Of a DNA stretch of 64,000 nucleotides, positions 56,607 to 64,000 are shown in pieces; within the stretch, counting starts at the first letter, position 1; each line of letters starts with the position of its first letter. The DNA comes from Hyphomicrobiales bacterium (lineage in GTDB: Bacteria; Pseudomonadota; Alphaproteobacteria; Rhizobiales; Devosiaceae). A program made the translations under genes and the position numbers. Below the pieces are notes generated by a model. It had not been told where the DNA came from. It searched no databases and saw nothing but the letters and a program-made list of their open reading frames with translations. Location: the NCBI GenBank assembly GCA_026981645.1, contig JALSII010000006.1:162564-226563 (forward strand), read 5' to 3'.

Positions 56607-57167
56607 TCAGGCGCCGCCAAACTCAAAAAAATGTACGCTTGTTTGGCCATAAGTGCGCTGGTCAAACAGCCCAAACCCCTCGGGCAAGATTATTTCAACG
56701 CCCTTTTTCTCCTCCAGTACAATGGTTGCACCGGGGGCGAGCCAGCCTCCATCGCTGGCGGATGCAAGTGCCTGTTCTCCCAAGCCCTTGCCATAGGGGG
56801 GGTCGCAGAACACCAGTTCGAAGGGGTTGGAGTTGTCAACAGGGCCGAGCGTTGTTGCATCGCGGCGCAGCAGCTTGCTTTGTCCGCCAAGGCCAAAATG
56901 CTCCATGTTCTGTCGAATACTGGCCCGCGCTTCAACACCATTGTCCACGAACACGGCGTAATCGGCACCGCGTGAGAGCGCTTCAATCCCCAATGCGCCG
57001 GTCCCGGCGAACAGGTCAAGCACCCGCTGGCCGGAAAAATCCGGGCCGAGGCGGCTGGCCAGAATGTTGAACAGGGATTCGCGGACCCGGTCAGAGGTCG
57101 GACGGATGGACTGGTCCCCCGGTGAGAACAGTTTTTTGTTGCGAAACCGCCCGGAAATGATACGCAC
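56607..57167 (-). CDS. rsmD: 16S rRNA (guanine966-N2)-methyltransferase
   Basis: (M)RIISGRFRNKKL, LDLFAGTGALGIEALSRGA and DPPYGKGL. The GTG start immediately follows the rluB stop (TAAGTG). Confidence 0.9.
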   Translation of the reverse strand: MRIISGRFRNKKLFSPGDQSIRPTSDRVRESLFNILASRLGPDFSGQRVLDLFAGTGALGIEALSRGADYAVFVDNGVEARASIRQNMEHFGLGGQSKLLRRDATTLGPVDNSNPFELVFCDPPYGKGLGEQALASASDGGWLAPGATIVLEEKKGVEIILPEGFGLFDQRTYGQTSVHFFEFGGA

Positions 57168-58400
57168 TTACTTTCGCCGACCGGATGGACGACCCCGGTC
57201 CCCCGTGCGTCCGTGGGAAGCTGTGCCATCCCGCTTGTTCCGGCGACCGGGTTTGCGGCTATCGCCTTCACTTCGTTTTGCCCTGGGCTGAAACATCTCA
57301 ATACCGCGCTCGCCACTAAAGTGCACGCGTTTCAGGTTTTCGGTCTCAGATTCCGGGCCCGGACTTTTGCGGCCCCTTTGCTCTTCGCTCCTCTGGGCCT
57401 TGAAGCGCTTGTCTCCCGTGCGTCCGCGGGGCGCGGGTGGGCGTTTGTTTTCTTCCTTTTTGGTACCGGCTTTTGCGCCGGCTTCGCTTTTATCCGGACC
57501 AGGCGCCCCACCGCGCCTGAACCTGGTGTTGGGGGAGCGCATGCCGCTGCGCGCCGGGGCGAGCGGTTCGGGCATCTCTGCTTCAAAATCCACGCCGGCG
57601 AGTTTCGCCAGTTTTTTGCCCAACTGGTCCTGCAACACCCTTGCCTTGACCGTATCGAGGCCACCAACGGCAATATCTCCCAGCTGGAAGGGGCCAAAGC
57701 TGGTGCGAATCAAACGGTTCACCTGCAAACCAAGGGAGGAAAGCACGTTCTTGATCTCGCGGTTCTTGCCTTCCTTGAGGGCAATCTGGAGCCAGACATT
57801 GCTGCCCTGCACCCGTTCAAGGGTCGCCTCGATTGGGCCATAACGCACCCCCTCAACGCTTACTCCGCGCCTCAGCTTATCTAGCTCGGCCTGCTCAATG
57901 CGGCCGTGGGCACGCACACGATAGCGGCGCAACCAGCCCGTTGCGGGCAGTTCAAGCACACGCTTGAGCCCGCCATCATTGGTCAGCAACAACAGGCCTT
58001 CGGTATTGATGTCCAGCCGCCCCACGGTGAGAACACGTGGCAGGCCCCTTTGTGCCAGATCCTGGAATATGGTCTTACGCCCCTCCGGGTCGCTTTCGGT
58101 AACCACCAGTCCGGCGGGCTTGTGGTAGAGCCAGACGCGGGTGCCGCGCTTTTCGGCCAGCGGCGTACCATCTACAGCTATGGTGTCGGCATCAACAACG
58201 TTGAAGGCCGGCGTGCGAATGGTTTTTCCATTCACCGCAACCCGCCCCGCTGTAATCCAGGTTTCGGCCTGTCGACGGGAGCAAAGACCGTGGCGTGCTA
58301 TCACCTTGGCAAGACGATTGCCGGTTTTGGGAGACCCCGTTGTAGAGTGTGCGCTGTTCTCAGCCATTCCAGATTCCGCCGGGAAATTAAATTTACGCAC
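57168..58400 (-). CDS. rluB: pseudouridine synthase, RsuA/RluB family, with an Arg/Lys/Gly-rich C-terminal tail
   Basis: S4 domain (RLAKVIARHGLCSRRQAETWI) and the catalytic motif VGRLDINTEGLLLLTNDG. The last ~150 aa are low-complexity and basic. ATG 58367 is an alternative start. Confidence 0.87.
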   Translation of the reverse strand: MRKFNFPAESGMAENSAHSTTGSPKTGNRLAKVIARHGLCSRRQAETWITAGRVAVNGKTIRTPAFNVVDADTIAVDGTPLAEKRGTRVWLYHKPAGLVVTESDPEGRKTIFQDLAQRGLPRVLTVGRLDINTEGLLLLTNDGGLKRVLELPATGWLRRYRVRAHGRIEQAELDKLRRGVSVEGVRYGPIEATLERVQGSNVWLQIALKEGKNREIKNVLSSLGLQVNRLIRTSFGPFQLGDIAVGGLDTVKARVLQDQLGKKLAKLAGVDFEAEMPEPLAPARSGMRSPNTRFRRGGAPGPDKSEAGAKAGTKKEENKRPPAPRGRTGDKRFKAQRSEEQRGRKSPGPESETENLKRVHFSGERGIEMFQPRAKRSEGDSRKPGRRNKRDGTASHGRTGDRGRPSGRRK

Positions 58401-58487
58401 CGCTTCTAAACCTTTTCCACCAAGATGGAACAGGCCAAATTGCGCTTTATCGGGGCAATGGGAACCAAAAAAAGTTGCGAGAGTTTC

Positions 58488-59165
58488 CTAGCCCGGCTGA
58501 AGGGCCGCGCGAATTTCCGGCGGACAGGCGGGGTCATCAAGTGGAACCAGGTCACCATTGGGTGCCAGACAGACAAGGTCGACACTGTTGACGGTGGTAA
58601 AGTAGCGCTCCGGGGGAAGATAAAGCGGACGGGGTCCATCACGAACGACACGCGCACCTGCCATGCGGGCGGTCAACTGGCGGGTTTCATCTTCGGTCAG
58701 CGGGCGCCCGGAAATAGAGCGTAAATCCACTACACGGGCGTTGCGGAGCCGACGCAAGTCTTCCTCGGTCAAGTTGGTCATATCAATCTGAACGGTGTCA
58801 GAATCTTCGGGCAATGCGCTCATATTGCTTTCAGTGGGGGGGGGCAGGCTGGCATTTTGGTTGGGCATAACCAGGCGCGCGCGCGGAGAAGAAATCTCAG
58901 GCTTTTCCTCGCGCTCAAGAACACCAAGACCGCGCAGAGTTTCGCTCATCACTTCGCGTTCAAAGGTTTCTGCATCGACAAAGGCGTTGGTGCCCTCAAC
59001 CGTGGTGCAAGCTGAAATGAAGGACAACATCAGGCCCAAACCGGCAAAACCAGCCAAGCGCTTCAGGACACCGGATTGTTTGTTTCCGGCGAAGAAATTT
59101 GTTAATCTGGCAGCAATAATCATCAAATTTGCCCTGAGTTTTGCCCTGTTGCCACCCAATCCCAT
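58488..59165 (-). CDS. lipoprotein of unknown function (possibly the DUF3035 family; uncertain recollection)
   Basis: Signal peptide and lipobox (GLGLMLSFISAC), then a Pro/Glu/Arg-rich mature protein, directly downstream of lspA. ATG 59123 is an alternative start. Confidence 0.62.
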   Translation of the reverse strand: MGLGGNRAKLRANLMIIAARLTNFFAGNKQSGVLKRLAGFAGLGLMLSFISACTTVEGTNAFVDAETFEREVMSETLRGLGVLEREEKPEISSPRARLVMPNQNASLPPPTESNMSALPEDSDTVQIDMTNLTEEDLRRLRNARVVDLRSISGRPLTEDETRQLTARMAGARVVRDGPRPLYLPPERYFTTVNSVDLVCLAPNGDLVPLDDPACPPEIRAALQPG

Positions 59166-59229
59166 ACGAAGCAGCTGTCTATCTATAGTTCGATGTTTTC
59201 CCTAATGCCAGATTCAGGCAGCATTGCGG

Positions 59230-59715
59230 TTAAACTTTTATATCCCTTTTGGGCAACACGACATCCAAAATCAAGAGCAATGCCCCAAGCGTGATGGCGG
59301 TATCAGCCAGATTGAAGACGTAAAATGACCAGTTTGATACATAGAAGTGGAAAAAATCAGCAACCCCGCCATAGAGCCAGCGATCGGTGGCATTGGAGAG
59401 CGCGCCACCAAGCACCAGCGCCAGCCCGGTACGTACCAGCAGGGACTTTTCCCGCCACCACCACCAGGCCAGAAGGGTCATGGCCGCACCAATAATCACC
59501 ATTATCACCGGTTGGGGAAACCCGCTCAGCAGTCCGTAGGAAATACCACGGTTCCAGACCAGCCTATAGTTGAAGAAGCTGGTTACCGGCACAACTTCTC
59601 CACCAACCCAGCCTTCAATGTTGAGTTGATAAAACTTGTGGACGCGATCAAGGAGGAACGCGTCAAAACCGGCAACCAGACTGAAGATTACCGATTTTTG
59701 CGGTTTTACACTCAT
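59230..59715 (-). CDS. lspA: lipoprotein signal peptidase II
   Basis: ATG 59715 overlaps the ileS stop (ATGA). Four TM helices with NRGISYG and FNLADTAI. Confidence 0.92.
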   Translation of the reverse strand: MSVKPQKSVIFSLVAGFDAFLLDRVHKFYQLNIEGWVGGEVVPVTSFFNYRLVWNRGISYGLLSGFPQPVIMVIIGAAMTLLAWWWWREKSLLVRTGLALVLGGALSNATDRWLYGGVADFFHFYVSNWSFYVFNLADTAITLGALLLILDVVLPKRDIKV

Positions 59716-62700
59716 GTACCCGATACCGCCCGGCCGTTCTGTTCTCGCTCGCGCATGGCCTGTGCATCGCGTGGGGAAAGGTCGGGATAGTCCGGGTCGG
59801 TGCCCACATCGGGAGAGATTTTCCACGAGCGGGCGCAGCGTTTCCCTGTAGCGCGGGCAAAAACTACCGAAACACCGGGCACATCATCAAGACGGAAGGC
59901 TTGAGAAGGCCCCTCACCCTGCACAATCTCGATGTCAGAGGTGATGGATATTTCAGCCATGTCCTGACCGTGCAAAGCCACATAAAGACCGGTGTCGGCC
60001 ACGAACACCTTCGGCGCGGCTTCCAGAGAGGAGCCGATATTCTTGTCTTTGCGTTCCAGTTCAAGCGCCCCGGTTATCACTTTTCGCACGGTGCGGATTT
60101 TGGCCCATTTTGCCTCCAGCTCCCCATTGGCCCAATTTTCCGGCACTTCAGGAAAGTGTTGCAGATGCACGGATGAATTCTCACCGGGGAAGCGTTCAAG
60201 CCAGATTTCTTCCATGGTGAACACCAGAACCGGGGCCAGCCACTTGGTCAGGCAATTGAACAATTCATTCAGAACTGTGAGCGAAGCGTGCCGCGTGGTG
60301 CTGGAGACGGGATCGCAATAAAGCGCATCCTTGCGGATATCAAAATAAAAGGCCGAGAGTTCCAGATTCATGAAATTTGAAAGCGTGGCGACGACTTTTT
60401 TATAGTCAAAATCCCTGTAGGCCTGTCGCACCAGCTTATCGAGCGCGGCAAGCCGAGAGAGCATCAGGCGCTCAAGCTCAGGCATGTCGGTAAAAGTGAC
60501 ATCATCCCGGGGCGTATAATGGGCAAGATTTCCCAGTAAAAACCGAAAGGAATTGCGCAGTTTGCGGTAGGTCTCGACATTGGTTTTTATGGCTTCGTCG
60601 CCCAGCCGCTGGTCGTCCCAATAATCGACCGAAGCGGTCCACAGGCGCAGAATATCGGCGCCATATTGCTTGACGATATCCTGGGGCGCCACCGTATTGC
60701 CGATGGATTTGGACATTTTGCGGCCCTTGGCGTCCAGGGTGAAACCGTTGGTCAACACCGCCTCATAGGGTGCACGGCCGGTGGTGCCGCAGCTTTCCAG
60801 AAGCGACGAATGGAACCAGCCCCGGTGCTGGTCGCTACCCTCAAGATAAAGCGAGGCGGGCCATTTCACATGGGGCCATTTTTTCTTGTTGCGCAGCACA
60901 AAGGCATGGGTGGAACCAGAATCAAACCAGACATCAAGAATGTCTGTGACCTGCTGGTACTGGTCGGCACCTTCAACGCCTGTCAGAAAGCGTTCTTTTG
61001 CTCCCTCGGCAAACCAGGCGTCAGACCCTTCTTTTCTGAAGGCTTCAAGAATACGGGCGTTGACGGTTTCGTCCTTGAGGACTTCGCCCGTTTCCCTGTG
61101 CACGAAAACGCTGATGGGCACCCCCCAGGCGCGCTGGCGCGACAGCACCCAGTCGGGGCGGTTTTCTATCATGGCGCGCAGGCGGTTCTGGCGCGAGGCG
61201 GGCACAAATCTTGTGTTGTCGATGGCGGCAAGGGCGCGGGTGCGAAGTGTGTCGGGAACCTTGTCCCCCCCACCCGCTTCGCCGCGCTCAGCACCCTCTC
61301 CCCCAAGGGGTGAGGAAAGAACAGGCGCACCAGTTTCAAAATCAAATGTCAGCCCGTCAAGTTCCTTGTCCATATGGACAAACCATTGGGGAGTATTGCG
61401 GAAAATAATCGGTTTTTTGGAGCGCCACGAATGGGGGTAGGAATGTTTGATACGACCGCGCGCAAACAGATTTCCAGCGTCGATGAGAGCGGCAATGACG
61501 CGTTTATTGGCGTCACCCTTTTTGCCCTTGTCGTCGATGATGCGGGCCGCGCCTTCTGGCGCTGACGGACCAAAACCGGGCACGTCCTTGGTGTAGTAGC
61601 CAGCGTCGTCGACGGAAAAAGGAATAGTGGCGTCGATGCCGCGCGCCTCAAGCTGGCGGGCGTTGGACGACCAGATGTCAAAATCGTCAGCGCCGTGGCC
61701 GGGGGCAGAATGCACAAATCCGGTGCCCGCCTCATCGGTGACGTGGTCGCCGTCCAGGAGGGGAACGTCGAATTCATAACCACCTCCAAACCCTTTAAGA
61801 GGGTGGGCGCAAGTGATAGCCGCAAGCTCACCATCGGTCACGTCAGACACACGCTTGAAAGTGAGTTTTGCTTTGGCCGCGCATTCCTCTGCCAGAGAAT
61901 CGGCAAATATCAGTTTCTCGCCGGGTTGCGGCCCGAAGGTGTTTTCTGCCGCCGTTACCTCGTATAATCCGTAAGAGAGTTTGGAGTTGAAGGCGATGGC
62001 GCGGTTGGCGGGTATGGTCCACGGGGTCGTCGTCCAGATGACGATGGAAGCGCCCGACAAATCACCCGGTCCCGTTTCGTTTTCCCGGAAAATCATTTTA
62101 ACCGGAAACTTCACCCAAATCGCATCACTCTCCACATCATGATATTCGATTTCCGCTTCGGCCAGAGCCGTCCGTTCGACCACGCTCCACATCACCGGTT
62201 TTGAGCCGCGATAAAGCTGGCCGGATATGGAGAATTTCATCAATTCCCCGGCAATGGTCGCTTCAGCGTCATAGGCCATGGTGGTATAGGGATTGTCCCA
62301 GTCCCCGGTTATCCCCAGCCGCTTGAATTCCTCGCGCTGCACGTCGAGCCATTTTTGCGCAAACTCGCGGCATTCCTTACGAAACTCGTTGATGGGCACT
62401 TCGTCCTTGTTTTTGCCTTTGGCCCGGTATTGCTCCTCGATTTTCCATTCGATGGGCAGTCCGTGGCAATCCCAGCCCGGCACATAGGCCGAATTGTAAC
62501 CCAGCATCTGCATGGAGCGGGTGACCATGTCCTTGAGGACTTTATTCAGCGCGTGCCCGATATGGATGTTGCCGTTGGCGTAAGGGGGGCCATCGTGCAG
62601 GGTGAACTTTTCAGCACCTTTGGATTGCTCGCGCAGGCGTGCGTAAATATCCATATCCTCCCAACGCTTGAGCCATTGCGGCTCACGCTTTGGAAGACCC

Positions 62701-62783
62701 GCCCGCATGGGAAAATCAGTTTTGGGCAGAAAAAGCGTATCTGAATAGTCGCGAGTTGTCGCGCCGGTGTCGGTGTCAGTCAT
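59712..62783 (-). CDS. ileS: isoleucine--tRNA ligase
   Basis: 1023 aa with the class I motifs [11 protein letters not shown] and [10 protein letters not shown], a CP1 editing domain and a C-terminal zinc-less tail. Confidence 0.97.
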   Translation of the reverse strand: MTDTDTGATTRDYSDTLFLPKTDFPMRAGLPKREPQWLKRWEDMDIYARLREQSKGAEKFTLHDGPPYANGNIHIGHALNKVLKDMVTRSMQMLGYNSAYVPGWDCHGLPIEWKIEEQYRAKGKNKDEVPINEFRKECREFAQKWLDVQREEFKRLGITGDWDNPYTTMAYDAEATIAGELMKFSISGQLYRGSKPVMWSVVERTALAEAEIEYHDVESDAIWVKFPVKMIFRENETGPGDLSGASIVIWTTTPWTIPANRAIAFNSKLSYGLYEVTAAENTFGPQPGEKLIFADSLAEECAAKAKLTFKRVSDVTDGELAAITCAHPLKGFGGGYEFDVPLLDGDHVTDEAGTGFVHSAPGHGADDFDIWSSNARQLEARGIDATIPFSVDDAGYYTKDVPGFGPSAPEGAARIIDDKGKKGDANKRVIAALIDAGNLFARGRIKHSYPHSWRSKKPIIFRNTPQWFVHMDKELDGLTFDFETGAPVLSSPLGGEGAERGEAGGGDKVPDTLRTRALAAIDNTRFVPASRQNRLRAMIENRPDWVLSRQRAWGVPISVFVHRETGEVLKDETVNARILEAFRKEGSDAWFAEGAKERFLTGVEGADQYQQVTDILDVWFDSGSTHAFVLRNKKKWPHVKWPASLYLEGSDQHRGWFHSSLLESCGTTGRAPYEAVLTNGFTLDAKGRKMSKSIGNTVAPQDIVKQYGADILRLWTASVDYWDDQRLGDEAIKTNVETYRKLRNSFRFLLGNLAHYTPRDDVTFTDMPELERLMLSRLAALDKLVRQAYRDFDYKKVVATLSNFMNLELSAFYFDIRKDALYCDPVSSTTRHASLTVLNELFNCLTKWLAPVLVFTMEEIWLERFPGENSSVHLQHFPEVPENWANGELEAKWAKIRTVRKVITGALELERKDKNIGSSLEAAPKVFVADTGLYVALHGQDMAEISITSDIEIVQGEGPSQAFRLDDVPGVSVVFARATGKRCARSWKISPDVGTDPDYPDLSPRDAQAMREREQNGRAVSGT

Positions 62784-62892
62784 AAAGCATGCCTAGTGAG
62801 AATAATCGGGTTTACACTTGATACCACAAACAGCCCTTAACAAGCGTTTATGGCTGGTGGAAGAGGTTTTATCGGGACAATGGACCTTGCCA

Positions 62893-63873
62893 CTATCCCT
62901 GGATAATGAACCCGAGCTTTTTGTCGAGCGGCGTCAGCGGCTGCACTTTTGCCAGCGCGGCTTTTGCCTTTTTGCTGTCGTCGTCCATTTGCACGATTAA
63001 GTCCTCTAACCCCTCAAAGGTCATTTGCCCCCGGATATGGTTTACTAGCGCGACTTCGATGGTTTGACCATAAATATCCTCGTCAAAGTCAAATATGTGC
63101 GCCTCAAAGGGACTGTGGTGAATATCAAACATGGGTTTTCCAAAACTGGCAACGCCATCAAACAGGCGTTCCCCCAGCCGAACGCGCACCCCGTAAACAC
63201 CCTGGGCCAGCAGGCAGGTGGCGGGCAGTTTGAAATTGGCAGTGGGATAACCCAGTTCGCGCCCACGCTGGTCTCCCAGCACCACTTCGCCGGACAATTG
63301 CCAGTGATAACCCAGAAGCGCATTGGCCATATCAAGCTCACCGGTGTTCAGGCAGGCGCGGATGCGCGAGGAGGATACCGCATCGTTTTCCGTTTCCAGC
63401 AGGGGAAGCTGAAGCACGTTGAAGCCGGATTTTTCCCCCGCCTGTTTCAAGAACTCCGGGGTGCCGCGCCGGGCCTTGCCGAAGTGAAAGTCATTACCAA
63501 CAACCACTGCTGAGGCTTTAAGGGCACAAACCAGAAACTGTTCGACAAAATCCTCTGCCTCCAGGGAAGCCAGATGTTTTGTGAACTCCATCACAATGAT
63601 GGCATCCATGCCCAGTGCCCTGACCAGCCGGGCCTTGGCCTTACCATCGGTGAGCCGGAACATGAAGGGTTCAGGGGCAAACAGGTCGCGGGGGTGCGGC
63701 TCAAAAGTCAGCATCACCGCCGGTTTGTTTTCGGCGGCAGCCAGGCGCATGGTGCGCTCGATTACGGACTGGTGACCAAGATGTACACCATCAAAATTGC
63801 CGATGGCAACCACGCACCCCTTCAAGTCCGCCGGAACTTTCTCCAGGCCGTCAAGGGCCCAAAACTCACTCAA
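62893..63873 (-). CDS. ribF: bifunctional riboflavin kinase / FMN adenylyltransferase
   Basis: VVAIGNFDGVHLGHQ (FAD synthetase) and C-terminal riboflavin kinase motifs (GYPTANF, GVYGVRV). TTG 63873, 8 nt after GGGAG, is preferred to the track start 63945. Confidence 0.92.
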   Translation of the reverse strand: MSEFWALDGLEKVPADLKGCVVAIGNFDGVHLGHQSVIERTMRLAAAENKPAVMLTFEPHPRDLFAPEPFMFRLTDGKAKARLVRALGMDAIIVMEFTKHLASLEAEDFVEQFLVCALKASAVVVGNDFHFGKARRGTPEFLKQAGEKSGFNVLQLPLLETENDAVSSSRIRACLNTGELDMANALLGYHWQLSGEVVLGDQRGRELGYPTANFKLPATCLLAQGVYGVRVRLGERLFDGVASFGKPMFDIHHSPFEAHIFDFDEDIYGQTIEVALVNHIRGQMTFEGLEDLIVQMDDDSKKAKAALAKVQPLTPLDKKLGFIIQG

Positions 63874-64000
63874 TAGAACCGCTCCCTTGCAAAGGCACCG
63901 TTTGATTTTTCGGGCGAAACTGCCTGTTCCGGGCGCAGTTTGCAAGCGTGTACTGAAGCAGAAAAGCCAATGTCTGCATTTCTATGTATTTCACCCTAGA

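Noticed and set aside
57168-57650. ~150-aa Arg/Lys/Gly/Pro-rich C-terminal tail of the pseudouridine synthase
   Set aside because: Basic low-complexity tails are a common feature of RluB-type enzymes in proteobacteria, so this is not distinctive.
57213-57884. 223-aa plus-strand ORF and the nested 121/158-aa ORFs
   Set aside because: They are antisense or out of frame within the low-complexity basic tail of rluB. Repetitive G/C-rich codons keep several frames open.
60666-61440. Two overlapping plus-strand ORFs (215 and 184 aa) inside ileS
   Set aside because: They are antisense to ileS, with no motifs. Shadow frames.

Overview
This reads as core chromosome of an alphaproteobacterium. About 66 protein genes tile the window with short or overlapping junctions. 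The gene order is the kind I associate with Hyphomicrobiales/Rhizobiales-type genomes, judged from memory and not from a search:
- mutY / DUF721 / dsbA-like / smc
- atpI-B-E-F'-F
- gcvT-H-PA-PB behind a tandem glycine riboswitch
- ctaC-D-B-(small ORF)-G-E, then DUF983-SURF1-thrC-M16 peptidase-GNAT
- gshA, rsmE, ubiA, xseA/purD, tadA/mutL, rsmD-rluB, ribF-ileS-lspA

I found no rRNA, tRNA, CRISPR array, transposase or integrase, phage gene, toxin-antitoxin pair or recognisable defence gene. I could not compute GC content or codon usage, so compositional islands were not tested.

I do not see a convincing novel multi-gene system here. The leads most worth a second look are:
1. A near-textbook SoxR box inside a 19-bp-spacer promoter. 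It drives a tightly packed VOC / atypical mini-Rossmann / DMT-exporter operon.
2. A 33-codon, GC-rich, palindrome-bearing in-frame insertion in ileS.
3. A 7TMR-DISM receptor with a degenerate GGDEF (NGSQF) that keeps an RxxD I-site, next to an intact EAL domain.
4. A perfect CtrA box (TTAA-N7-TTAAC) upstream of ccrM.
5. Candidate operators for a LysR/DUF1127 pair and a MarR/ABC-2 exporter pair.
6. A small envelope-redox cluster: lipoprotein, Prx5-like peroxiredoxin and an orphan DsbD-N-domain protein.

All function calls come from motifs recognised by eye in the supplied translations. Several start codons were moved from the ORF-track maximum to avoid overlaps, and those cases are flagged.
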